From the NCBI GenBank assembly GCA_963640535.1, contig CAVHYU010000003.1, forward strand, positions 56,620-120,619: a stretch of DNA of 64,000 nt. Reading direction: 5' to 3'. Position numbers and translations under genes: made by a program. This document shows, in pieces, positions 1-9,409 of the stretch. Source of the stretch: a bacterium (lineage in GTDB: Bacteria; Bacteroidota; Bacteroidia; Bacteroidales; UBA932). Position 1 is the first letter of the stretch. Each line of letters starts with the position of its first letter. The notes below the pieces were generated by a model, which worked only from the letters and a program-made list of their open reading frames with translations, did no database searches and had not been told where the DNA came from.

Positions 1-732
1 GTCATACAGACGGTTAACTTTGTCGTAACCAAGAAGATAGTGAAGACGTACATCGTAGGTAAGTCCTTGACTGAGAGTATCTTTGGAAAATACGCGTACA
101 TCCGCCTCGCCGCAATCGAAACTCCTTCCTCTCATCCAGTCCATCTGCTGCAGGCCCTTGTAGCCAAGATCTGCGGTCATAGCGAGTTTACTCCAGTCAT
201 AGCGGAACGCCGCTCCGAGGGAATTGTCCATATCATAATTCCACAATCCCCAGTAATCCCTTTTGCCGTCGGCGGTTTTAAGAGCGGCCATCTTTCCGTT
301 TTCTGGGTCGAGACCGATTTTGCGGTAATTCCCGTCAAAGGAGCTGTGACTAAGGTACAAGTCCAGAGAGGCCTTCTCGTTGCAAAGAGGGGTGTAGATA
401 AAATCCAGCTCCGGGTGCAGAGTGTAGCCGATTCCGGCATTGAGATAGAATTTCCCCGCCCTCTGCTTCTGAGAGAGCGGCTTCATATCGACGCTGTAGG
501 GGCTGAAGTCGTAGGACCCTTGATATGGATGCTCGAAAACCGTGTAGTCGAAAGACATATCGAACCGCTTCACAGAATCCGGCACGGCCATTTCTATGCT
601 TTCCTTCTCCGGGGTCAAAGTTTCCACCTTATATTTATTGGTGACTACTACCGTAGGATTGTAGTTTTGAGAGGAGAGAGTCACCGCCCCAAGCAAGGGA
701 GCGAGAGAGAGAATATATTGATAAATTTTCAT
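1..732 (-). CDS. Putative outer-membrane / TonB-dependent-receptor-like protein, 5' part only (runs off the left edge)
   Basis: Not in the ORF track. Read by hand from ATG at 732: MKIYQYILSLAPLLGAVTLSSQNYNPTVVVTNKYKVETL...FDMSFDYTVFEHPYQGSYDFSPY...GKFYLNAGIGYTLHPELDFIYTP. It has a signal peptide and lies directly downstream of the large TPR gene, a common Bacteroidetes pairing. Confidence 0.65.
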   Translation of the reverse strand, partial: MKIYQYILSLAPLLGAVTLSSQNYNPTVVVTNKYKVETLTPEKESIEMAVPDSVKRFDMSFDYTVFEHPYQGSYDFSPYSVDMKPLSQKQRAGKFYLNAGIGYTLHPELDFIYTPLCNEKASLDLYLSHSSFDGNYRKIGLDPENGKMAALKTADGKRDYWGLWNYDMDNSLGAAFRYDWSKLAMTADLGYKGLQQMDWMRGRSFDCGEADVRVFSKDTLSQGLTYDVRLHYLLGYDKVNRLYD

Positions 733-786
733 CTTTTTTGAGGATTCTTTGCCGCACCGGGCGGCGCAATCAACAAGAAAAACCAA

Positions 787-3747
787 CTATTTCACATTCA
801 TTTCAGAGAGCCTCCGGAGCCTCAAGTCCACATTCTCAAGGACATCGTCCGCATCTGAAGAGCTCCTGTAGCCGTCCCTGACGCTCTCGAAGGTCGCCTT
901 GGCCTGAGTGAAGTCGCCCTGCTCGGCGAAAGCGTCGCCAAGAACGATGAACGCCTTGGCAAGATAGTAATTCTGCCTTGTTCCGGACTCCGAGAAGCTG
1001 TAAACGAGACTCTCGACGCTCTTGTAGTCGGCGCTGTCGAACTTGTCCTGGATTATTGTGAGACGCGCCTCAGCTCCGTAGGCATCGGATGGGTCGGCGG
1101 AAAGAGTCTCAAAAAGAGCGAGGGCCTCGCTGCGGCGGCTCATTGACAGAAGGGATTTGGCGCGGATGTACTGCGCATCCCTGAGAAGTTTGGCGTCTGA
1201 AGATGAAGCACCGACGGCCTCGGCGCAGGTGGCGGCATCGCTGTATCGGCGCGCCTTGAATGCGGAAGTCATCCTTCCCGTGAGAGCGGAGAGCTTCATC
1301 GCCGAAGAAGAAGTCTTCTCCTCGAGGGCGGTGTAGGCGAAGTAGGCGTCGTCAAAATGCTCCAGTGAGAAGGAGAGAGAGGCATAGCGCTGCATCGAAG
1401 CCTCGCAGAAGAGGCTCTCTCCCCTATCGATGACGGTTTCGTAGGCGTCGCGGGCCTTTTCCGTCTCCCCGCTGAGACGATAGCACTCGGCTATGCAGTA
1501 TTCAGCCTTCACGACCTCCTCGCCCTCGGGATATGCCTTCAGATATTCCTCAAAGGCAGGAAGGGCGCGGTCGTAGCGGCGGTCGGTGAAAAGCTGCTCG
1601 GCAGAAGAGAAATAGAGATTTTCCTTCTCCTTCTCGGTCTTTGCCGCACCGCTTCCGAGCCACTCCGTGTAGGCGAGATATTCCTTTGCCTTGCCCTCGG
1701 AACGGTAGATGGACTCGATGGCGAGCAGGGCGTTGTCGGCGTATTCGGTGCCCTTCATATTCTCCGCCACCCTCTTGTAGTAGGCAAGGGCAGCCTCGTT
1801 GTCCTTTGAATTGCGCGAAAGCATCGCCTTTTCAAGCAGCGCCTGAGCCACGAAGGAGCTGTCTGAAACGTCGCTCACAACAAGGTCGAAACATTTTCCG
1901 GCCTCCACTGCGTTTTTATTCTCCACATAGCTGCGTCCAAGCTCCAGAAGGGCGTCAGGATAGTATTGAGCCTCGGCGGAAGCGTCCTTCACCTCGGAAA
2001 GTCTTTCGATTTTCTTTCCGAGCTTTCCGTTAAGTCCGTATGCCACAGCACTTTGCCAGTACGGATATATGTCATCGGGGTCATAATAGTCGTCGGCCAC
2101 AGTTCCGTACGCCTCGGCAGCCCCGGCATAATCCCCGCTGAGGAAACGGCTGTCGGCAACCCGAGTGAGGGCATCCTTACGGAAGGTGCTTCGCTTCTGG
2201 GAGGCATACTCGGTGAACCATTTTTCGCTCTGGGCGTAATCCGGGACGCGGAAGTATGCGCTTGCAAGGTTATAGGTGATGAGGCTTCCCTCTTCCCTGC
2301 CCTCGAGAGCGGAAATGTTGTAGAGCTCCTTGAGGGAGGAAACGGCACCGGTGTAGTCACCGCTGCGGTAGAGGGTCTCGGCAAGCCAGAATTTTGCCAT
2401 CTGGTTGAGCGGGTCGTCGGCGGGGGCGTAGAAAGTCACGGCCTTAAGACACTGCGCGGCGGCTCTCCAGGACCCTGCGTCCATCAGTTGCTTCGCCCTG
2501 AGGTAGTTGGCTTTCATATAGTTGTGCCTCATCTCGGCGGAGAGCTCGTCAATATTGTCGTAGGCGTCGATTGCGCCCTGATAATCCTTGCTGTAGAGGG
2601 CTGTGATGGCGATATAGCCGTAAATATCCTCGCTGTCGGTTTCAGGATATTTTTTCAGATATTTCTTGAATACGGAAACATCCTTGTTCAGGTCGAAGGC
2701 AAGTTTGGCGTAGTTAAGGAGCGCATCCTTCTCGATTCCCTTGTCGTAGTGGAGCTCACTGGCCTCGTGGAAAGCGGACATCGCCGCGACTTTGTTGCGG
2801 GTCTTGATGTAGGAGTAGGCCATCTGGTAGGAAGCTATCTGGCCGATGGAGTCGGTCCTCTCCCCCATTTTGGAGAAATTGTCGGCCGCTCCCTTGTAAT
2901 CGCCTGTAGCATAGAGCACCGAGCCTGCAAAGAAACGGTCGGAGCGGGACATTTCAGTCTTCCCCGAAGGAGACATCTCGTAGTATTTCCGGGCCGAAGC
3001 GGCGTCACCTCTGACGAGATAGGACTCTGCGATGATGCGACAGAGCCGCGGCTGACGGTCTTCTGGAACCTCGGGATAAATTTTTGGTCCCTTCTTCACG
3101 ACATACTCATAGTCCTTCAGCATAAATTTGCACTCGAGGATGTAGTAGTCCGCCATCTGGGCGAAGCGTTTGTCGGAAGACGACCGGGTGAACCAGTCTA
3201 TAGCCTCTGAGAAGTCGTTTTTCTGGTAGCAAATGTAGCCCAGGGAGTAGCAGGAAGGGGCTGTGTAGTCGGACTGGGGGCGGGAAACCACTTCACGGAA
3301 AAGCGGCTCGGCGTCCGAAGGGTAATTCATTTCCAGAAGGGAGAATGCGTAGTCGAAAAGGTAGGTATCCTTCTGGGAGCGCCTAAGGGCATCGGGGTCT
3401 ATTCCGGAGAGGATGTCCACCACGGGGGCATAGTCGCTCTTTTCGAAGAGGTTGCAGGCGTGGGCGAAGCGCATTCGCGGGATAAGTTCGCTGAACGGAT
3501 ATTGCGATGCGAAAGTTTCTATTTCGGTAAGATAGCCCTGCTTTTCAAGGGCCGCGGCGCAAAGAATCGTGTACCCGCGCGACTCGACACTCCCCGAGAC
3601 TGCGTAGTCCGAAGAAAAGAGTTCCATTGCACGGCTGTAAAGTCCTCTGTCATAGAGCTTGAGCGCTTTCGAAAAGTCCGTTTCCGCCCCGCTTGCTCCA
3701 AGAGAAAGCGCGAGAAGAATGACCGATAAAATATATTTCCTTTTCAT
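787..3747 (-). CDS. Large secreted tetratricopeptide-repeat protein
   Basis: ~986 aa of TPR-like helical repeats. The signal peptide MKRKYILSVILLALSLGASG suggests a start at 3747 rather than 3786. Confidence 0.85.
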   Translation of the reverse strand: MKRKYILSVILLALSLGASGAETDFSKALKLYDRGLYSRAMELFSSDYAVSGSVESRGYTILCAAALEKQGYLTEIETFASQYPFSELIPRMRFAHACNLFEKSDYAPVVDILSGIDPDALRRSQKDTYLFDYAFSLLEMNYPSDAEPLFREVVSRPQSDYTAPSCYSLGYICYQKNDFSEAIDWFTRSSSDKRFAQMADYYILECKFMLKDYEYVVKKGPKIYPEVPEDRQPRLCRIIAESYLVRGDAASARKYYEMSPSGKTEMSRSDRFFAGSVLYATGDYKGAADNFSKMGERTDSIGQIASYQMAYSYIKTRNKVAAMSAFHEASELHYDKGIEKDALLNYAKLAFDLNKDVSVFKKYLKKYPETDSEDIYGYIAITALYSKDYQGAIDAYDNIDELSAEMRHNYMKANYLRAKQLMDAGSWRAAAQCLKAVTFYAPADDPLNQMAKFWLAETLYRSGDYTGAVSSLKELYNISALEGREEGSLITYNLASAYFRVPDYAQSEKWFTEYASQKRSTFRKDALTRVADSRFLSGDYAGAAEAYGTVADDYYDPDDIYPYWQSAVAYGLNGKLGKKIERLSEVKDASAEAQYYPDALLELGRSYVENKNAVEAGKCFDLVVSDVSDSSFVAQALLEKAMLSRNSKDNEAALAYYKRVAENMKGTEYADNALLAIESIYRSEGKAKEYLAYTEWLGSGAAKTEKEKENLYFSSAEQLFTDRRYDRALPAFEEYLKAYPEGEEVVKAEYCIAECYRLSGETEKARDAYETVIDRGESLFCEASMQRYASLSFSLEHFDDAYFAYTALEEKTSSSAMKLSALTGRMTSAFKARRYSDAATCAEAVGASSSDAKLLRDAQYIRAKSLLSMSRRSEALALFETLSADPSDAYGAEARLTIIQDKFDSADYKSVESLVYSFSESGTRQNYYLAKAFIVLGDAFAEQGDFTQAKATFESVRDGYRSSSDADDVLENVDLRLRRLSEMNVK

Positions 3748-3934
3748 AAAAATTATATTCGCCGAAAATTTTACAAAAATACTCATTTTTTCTCAGATTT
3801 TTCCTTTTCAATACCCGGAATCTGTGTTTTTCTCTTTATATTTGTGAGATTTATGTGATTTGGGGCGGCAGTAGGAAAGATAAGTGTCACATACAATTTG
3901 ATACTCGAGAAAAACTTAAGGAACAATAAGCAAA

Positions 3935-4648
3935 ATGGGCGAGCTTGTATCATTTTCAGGCGTTGACATAATAAATGGCGAAAGCACCGTGCTTTATGGA
4001 GTCAATCTCACAGTGCGTGAGGGGGATTTCGTTTACATCGTCGGCAAGGTCGGCACCGGAAAGACTTCCATAATAAGGACAATGATTGCGGAAAATCCGC
4101 TCGGAGGAGGAAGCGCAAACGTTTGCGGATATGACCTGGGGAGCATCAGGGAGAGGGATATCCCCTATCTTCGGAGGAAACTCGGGGTCATATTCCAGGA
4201 TTTCCAGCTTCTGATGGACCGGAGCGTGAGGGACAATCTTCACTTTGTTCTTGAGGCGACCGGATGGAAAGAGGAAGAGAAGATGGAAAAGAGGATGGAA
4301 GAAGCGCTGGAGGCGGTCGGGATGGAGCGCAAAGCGCACAAGATGCCCCATCAGCTTTCTGGCGGAGAGCAGCAGAGAATCGCCATTGCAAGGGCTCTGC
4401 TGAACAGTCCCTCGCTCATTCTCGCCGACGAGCCCACGGGAAACCTCGATGCGGAGACGGCCGACGGGATTATGCAGCTCCTCAGGCGCCTCAACACCAC
4501 TCTCGGCACAGCCGTTGTGATGGTGACCCACAATCTGGGGCTCTGCGAGAAATACCCCGGGCGGGTGCTTGTGTGCGAGAATGAAGGTTGCAGAGAAAAA
4601 GAAATACAAGGACAGACAGAGGCTCTCAGCGAGGCCTCTCAAGAATAG
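3935..4648 (+). CDS. ftsE: Cell-division ABC ATPase, FtsE family
   Basis: Walker [27 protein letters not shown], signature [25 protein letters not shown]. Confidence 0.8.
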   Translation: MGELVSFSGVDIINGESTVLYGVNLTVREGDFVYIVGKVGTGKTSIIRTMIAENPLGGGSANVCGYDLGSIRERDIPYLRRKLGVIFQDFQLLMDRSVRDNLHFVLEATGWKEEEKMEKRMEEALEAVGMERKAHKMPHQLSGGEQQRIAIARALLNSPSLILADEPTGNLDAETADGIMQLLRRLNTTLGTAVVMVTHNLGLCEKYPGRVLVCENEGCREKEIQGQTEALSEASQE

Positions 4649-4667
4649 TTAGCGGTCAAGCTGAAAA

Positions 4668-5336
4668 ATGACGAAAAAGGAAAGATACGCCGCTGTTTTC
4701 GGGGCGCTGAGAGTTAAGATGGGAAGGGTTCAGAGCGAACTCATTTTCGGCTCGCCCTTTCAGCTTCTCGTCTCGGTTATGCTTTCCGCCCAGTGCACCG
4801 ACAAGAGGGTGAATATGGTGACTCCAGCTCTTTTCAGCCGCTTTCCCGATGCGAAGGCCCTCTCCGAAGCCACATTCGAGGAGGTTTTTGAACTTGTCCG
4901 CAGCATTTCCTATCCGCGGGCCAAGACGGAGCATCTTCTTGGGGCGGCGCGCCTACTTCAGGACGAATTCGGTGGCGAGATTCCCGCGACCGTAGAGGAA
5001 CTTAAGCGCCTTCCCGGAGTGGGACAGAAAACGGCCAATGTGGTTGCCGCAATCGCTTTCGGAGAACCGGTCATCGCAGTGGACACCCACATTTTCAGGG
5101 TATCGCGGCGTCTGGGGCTCTCGGACGGGAAAACCGTGGAGGCGGTGGAAAAGGAACTTACGGCAAATATCCCCGAGAAGGAAAGGCCCGACGCTCACCA
5201 CTATCTCCTTCTTCACGGAAGGTATGTCTGCACGGCCAGAAAGCCCCGCTGCGGCGAGTGCCCCGTGAGTGAATGGTGCCGGGAATATGCCTCTGGGGCG
5301 GGGCGCACGAAGAAAGCGGAACACGCCAAACTGTAA
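4668..5336 (+). CDS. nth: Endonuclease III
   Basis: LSAQCTDKRVN, HhH motif LPGVGQKTANVV, VDTH, C-terminal C-x6-C-x2-C-x5-C Fe-S motif. Confidence 0.95.
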   Translation: MTKKERYAAVFGALRVKMGRVQSELIFGSPFQLLVSVMLSAQCTDKRVNMVTPALFSRFPDAKALSEATFEEVFELVRSISYPRAKTEHLLGAARLLQDEFGGEIPATVEELKRLPGVGQKTANVVAAIAFGEPVIAVDTHIFRVSRRLGLSDGKTVEAVEKELTANIPEKERPDAHHYLLLHGRYVCTARKPRCGECPVSEWCREYASGAGRTKKAEHAKL

Positions 5337-5370
5337 ACAATTGACTGATATATAATAAAATAGGAAAGTT

Positions 5371-6942
5371 ATGCTATATTTGACATCAGAAAACATCATT
5401 CTCATCGGCTCGGTGCTGATTTTCTGCAGCATCCTCATCTCAAGGGCAAGCAGCAAGTTCGGAATCCCAGCCTTGCTCCTCTTCCTGATGGTCGGAATGT
5501 TCTTCGGAAGCGACGGACTCGGAATCGTGTTCGATGACGTGAACAAGACGAATTTCATCGGTATGATTGCGCTGTGCGTCATACTTTTCACCGGCGGTAT
5601 GGAGACGAAATTCTCCGAAATCAAGCCGGTTTTCGCCCCGGGTATAATTCTCTCCACGCTCGGAGTCCTTCTCACCGCGGCCATCACCGGAGTTTTCATC
5701 TACCTTCTGAACGGATGGAAGGGCGTCGGACTCGGTCTTCCGATAGTTTCCTGCCTGCTTCTCGCTGCGACGATGTCCTCAACAGACTCGGCAACGGTGT
5801 TCGCTCTTCTTCGGGGCAAGAACCTGCGCCTAAAAAACAACCTCCAGCCGCTCCTTGAACTCGAAAGCGGATCCAACGACCCGATGGCCTATATAATCAC
5901 GGTAGTGCTCATCGAAATCGCCACCACTCTCGGCACAGGGGCAGGACTCACTCCGGAGGTTAGCGAAGAGGTGCTCGGTGCCGCAGGATTCACCTCCGCA
6001 GCAAGCTACACAGCCTACTCCACCGTGTGGAACGCGATAAAAGTGTTCCTCCTCCAGTTCATCATCGGCGGCGCGGTGGGCGTTGGAATGGGATATGCCG
6101 CAGTGTGGATTCTGAATAAAATCCAGCTGAACAACACCCCTTTGTATGCAATCCTGCTACTGAGCATAGTGTTCTTCTCCTACTCTCTCGCCGGGATGCT
6201 TTCAGGCAACGGCTACCTCGCCGTCTATCTTGCCGGAATCCTCATCGGCAACAACAAGGTGACCCACCGCAAGCAGATTATCGCGTTCCTCGACGGACTC
6301 ACCTGGCTGATGCAGATTGCTATGTTCCTCATCCTGGGGCTTCTCGTGAACCCTATTCAGATGCTCCGCACCGCCCCGATCGCCATCCTCATCGGCCTGT
6401 TTATGATGTTTATAGCCCGTCCTGCGACAATTTTCGGCTGTCTCATTCCATACAGGAACATAACCCCGAAGTCCAAGCTCTTCATTTCCTGGGTGGGACT
6501 CAAGGGAGCGACCCCTATCATTTTCGCCACCTATCCGATTATGAGCAACATTGAGGGCGGAGACGTAATCTTCAACATCGTTTTCTTCATCACCCTGATG
6601 TCCCTCATCATTCAGGGCGGCACGCTCCCGCTTGTTGCCAAATGGCTCCACCTCAACGACGAGTCAGCAGTTCAGGAGAAGGAGTTCGACGTCGACCTTC
6701 CTGAAGAGGCCGGAGAGCTCACTGAGAGCACCGTCACCGAGGAAATGGTGAAAGATATGATTGAACATCAAGGCAATATGCTCAAAGACCTCGACCTCCC
6801 TGCGGGAGTGAGGGTGCTGATGCTGAAAAGGCAGCAGAAGTTCATAGTCCCGACCGGCAACACGAAACTTCAGGCCGGCGACCATCTGCTGATTATCAGC
6901 GAGTCGACGGAGGACGCCGCGAAAAGCATCCTCACCGAGTAA
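5371..6942 (+). CDS. cvrA: Potassium/proton antiporter (CvrA/NhaP2) with C-terminal TrkA-C domain
   Basis: Multi-pass membrane protein with SSTDSA, LELESGSNDPMA and SWVGLKGA motifs. Confidence 0.85.
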   Translation: MLYLTSENIILIGSVLIFCSILISRASSKFGIPALLLFLMVGMFFGSDGLGIVFDDVNKTNFIGMIALCVILFTGGMETKFSEIKPVFAPGIILSTLGVLLTAAITGVFIYLLNGWKGVGLGLPIVSCLLLAATMSSTDSATVFALLRGKNLRLKNNLQPLLELESGSNDPMAYIITVVLIEIATTLGTGAGLTPEVSEEVLGAAGFTSAASYTAYSTVWNAIKVFLLQFIIGGAVGVGMGYAAVWILNKIQLNNTPLYAILLLSIVFFSYSLAGMLSGNGYLAVYLAGILIGNNKVTHRKQIIAFLDGLTWLMQIAMFLILGLLVNPIQMLRTAPIAILIGLFMMFIARPATIFGCLIPYRNITPKSKLFISWVGLKGATPIIFATYPIMSNIEGGDVIFNIVFFITLMSLIIQGGTLPLVAKWLHLNDESAVQEKEFDVDLPEEAGELTESTVTEEMVKDMIEHQGNMLKDLDLPAGVRVLMLKRQQKFIVPTGNTKLQAGDHLLIISESTEDAAKSILTE

Positions 6943-6960
6943 GAATAGATAACCTAAATT

Positions 6961-6996
6961 AAAGAGGCGATGACTGCTACGGTCACCGCCTCTTTT
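6961..6996. terminator. Bidirectional intrinsic terminator between convergent cvrA and GH78
   Basis: AAAGAGGCG...CGCCTCTTTT inverted repeat with A/T tails. Confidence 0.65.
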
Positions 6997-7015
6997 GCTG
7001 TAGAGTGGGCAAGGC

Positions 7016-9394
7016 CTATTCCAGGAGGGAGACGATCTTGTAGCGGCCAGGAGTGAGGATGCGCTCCTCTCTGGTGCCGTCCTTGCCCGGAACGAGGGCT
7101 TTCGCACTGGTGCCTTTCGGAATTTCGACGCTCCAGATGAACTTCGCTCCATCCCTTTTCCAACGGCTTACGATCTTGCCGCTTACGGAGTTGTAGGAGC
7201 AGTTCACCCAGTCCAGTCCTTCAATCGGATAAGGCTTCAAAACTATGGTCTTGTACCCGGGAGTTTCCGGACGGATGCCGCCGAGGTATTCGTAGAACCA
7301 GGTGAGAAGGTCTCCGAGGAGCATCACGTGATTGCCCGAATTCATCTCAGGATTGGCAGTTTTTCCGTTCCATAGTTCCCAGATGGTGGTGGCACCGTTC
7401 TCTGCCATATATCCCCAGCTCGGGTAGGTGGTGTTTGAAGCGATTTTAAGCGCGAGGTCAGGGCGTCCCCATTCGGTGAGAGTGCGCATAAACACCATCA
7501 TTCCCACCACGCCGCAGCTGACGTGAGAGTCGCACTCGACTTCTGTTTTGTGCACAATGTTCGCAAAAACCTTCTCCTCCATCCCCTGAGGCACCATTCC
7601 GAAGTAGAGCGGGAGCATATTTGCCGTAACGGTGTTGTTCCCGTAGCAGCCTTTCTCTGCGTTGAAATACTTCTCGTTGAAGGCCTGTTTCGACTCCTCG
7701 GCCTGGGCGCGGAAAGTTTCGATATCCTCCGGATGGCCCGCAACGGCGGCGAATTCCTGCATCATCCCGAGGAAATGGTAGTAGAACGGAGTGGAAAGAA
7801 GCGGCGCCGCGGTTATTCTCGCAGGGTCCTTTGACAGAATGACTTCCGGAGACTCGGGAGGCATACACCAATCCCCGTAGGTATCCTTTGTCATAATCCC
7901 GTCCTTGAGATAGGATTCCCTCATATGGCTGAGCCATTTTTTCATCGAAGCGTAGTGAGTCCGAATCGGTTCGGAATCACCGAAGCGCCAGCGGAGCATA
8001 TCACAGACGGTGAGATATGCGCCCGGCCAGGTCATACTGTCGTTGTAAAGAGTCCAATAATGAGGGCAGACATCAGAGATGCTTCCATTTGCATTCTGTC
8101 CGTCTTCTATGTCAATTGCCCATTTGGAGTAAAGCGCGTGATTGTTGAACATATAGGACTCTCCGTAGCAGCCTGCAGTCCTGTCTCCCATCCAGCCAAG
8201 CCTTTCGTCTCTCTGCGGGCAATCCGTAGGCATTCCGCGGTAGTTGCCGCGTATTCCCCAGTAGGCGTTGCGATAGACGGTGTTGATTACGTCATTCGAA
8301 GTCTCAAATGTTCCGGAAACCTCCATCCTGTCGTACATAACCTGACCTTCGAAATCCCTCAGTTTAGGTTCCTGCTTCAGACCGGTGATTTCGACGAAGC
8401 GGAAGCCGTGATAGACAAACTGCGGATGCCAGGTGAAGGGACGGGAGTCGCGGGCGATGTAGAGGTCGGTCACCTTCGCGCCGCGAAGATTTGCAGTGTA
8501 GAGGGAGCCGTCGTCCTTAAGGGTCTCGGCGAAGCGGAGCGTGAGGGTGTCTCCGCACTGAAGGCCGCGTGAGCTAATCTGAAGGCGTCCCACCATATTC
8601 TGCCCCATATCAAGGATGTAGGTCTCTCCCCTCTTTGTGATGGAAAGGGGCGTCAGGCGGTCCTGAACGGCGATGTTCGGGTTCGGCTGAAGTTCCAGTT
8701 TTCCTCCCGGAGCGCTCATTTCCGAGGCCGCTCCCCAAGAGGAGTCGTCAAAGCCTGTCTTTGTCCACAGCGGGAACTCGCGGCGTGCATCATAGATTTC
8801 CCCGTCAAACTCGTTGTTGGAGCGGATCGGGCCGTCGCAGGTGATTTTCCAAGCAGTGTCACTCGAAATCTCCCGGGTGCTGCCGTCTTTAAGCTCAACG
8901 AGAAGACTGCACCAGAGCCTCGGCACGCCGAACCCCCTCATCCCGGGCTCTCGCATACTCTGAAAACGTCCGCAGCCAAGAGCGACCGCAATGACATTTT
9001 CTCCCTTCGCGAGAGTCCGCGTTACATCATACTCATTGTAATAGACCCTTTTGTCGTATTCAGAGACGGTGGGGGCAAGTTCCTCTCCCTGTGAGATGTG
9101 CACTCCGTTAATCCAGGCGTCGTAGAGACCGAGGCCGGAAATTTTGAGCGTCGCCTTTTTCACCCTCGAGTCAAGGCTGAACTCCCGGCGGAGATACCTC
9201 GCAGGAAGGGAGGTTTTCCCTTTAAGGACATCGTCGGAGCATTTGCAGCCAATCCAGACGGGAGCGGAGGTCTGAGAAGCGGGAACGATTTCGGAAGCCT
9301 CGTTTGCAGGGCTGTCCGTCCGACCCGAAGCGGCCACCGCCGGAGCTGAAAGAAGGGAGATAAAAGCCAGTGTGGTTATAATTCTTATTTTCAT
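7016..9394 (-). CDS. Alpha-L-rhamnosidase, GH78 family
   Basis: YLRREF, DMGQNMVG, YHGFRFVEI, PTDCPQRDERLGWMGD, GATTIWELWN, MNSGNH; signal peptide. Confidence 0.9.
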   Translation of the reverse strand: MKIRIITTLAFISLLSAPAVAASGRTDSPANEASEIVPASQTSAPVWIGCKCSDDVLKGKTSLPARYLRREFSLDSRVKKATLKISGLGLYDAWINGVHISQGEELAPTVSEYDKRVYYNEYDVTRTLAKGENVIAVALGCGRFQSMREPGMRGFGVPRLWCSLLVELKDGSTREISSDTAWKITCDGPIRSNNEFDGEIYDARREFPLWTKTGFDDSSWGAASEMSAPGGKLELQPNPNIAVQDRLTPLSITKRGETYILDMGQNMVGRLQISSRGLQCGDTLTLRFAETLKDDGSLYTANLRGAKVTDLYIARDSRPFTWHPQFVYHGFRFVEITGLKQEPKLRDFEGQVMYDRMEVSGTFETSNDVINTVYRNAYWGIRGNYRGMPTDCPQRDERLGWMGDRTAGCYGESYMFNNHALYSKWAIDIEDGQNANGSISDVCPHYWTLYNDSMTWPGAYLTVCDMLRWRFGDSEPIRTHYASMKKWLSHMRESYLKDGIMTKDTYGDWCMPPESPEVILSKDPARITAAPLLSTPFYYHFLGMMQEFAAVAGHPEDIETFRAQAEESKQAFNEKYFNAEKGCYGNNTVTANMLPLYFGMVPQGMEEKVFANIVHKTEVECDSHVSCGVVGMMVFMRTLTEWGRPDLALKIASNTTYPSWGYMAENGATTIWELWNGKTANPEMNSGNHVMLLGDLLTWFYEYLGGIRPETPGYKTIVLKPYPIEGLDWVNCSYNSVSGKIVSRWKRDGAKFIWSVEIPKGTSAKALVPGKDGTREERILTPGRYKIVSLLE

Positions 9395-9409
9395 ACAGTT
9401 TGATATTTG

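Noticed and set aside
40..741. 233-aa plus-strand ORF
   Set aside because: It is an antisense shadow of the minus-strand gene starting at 732.
1966..3210. 414-aa antisense ORF and the many similar shadow ORFs
   Set aside because: They lie wholly opposite well-supported genes, show no recognisable motifs, and are expected with this codon bias.
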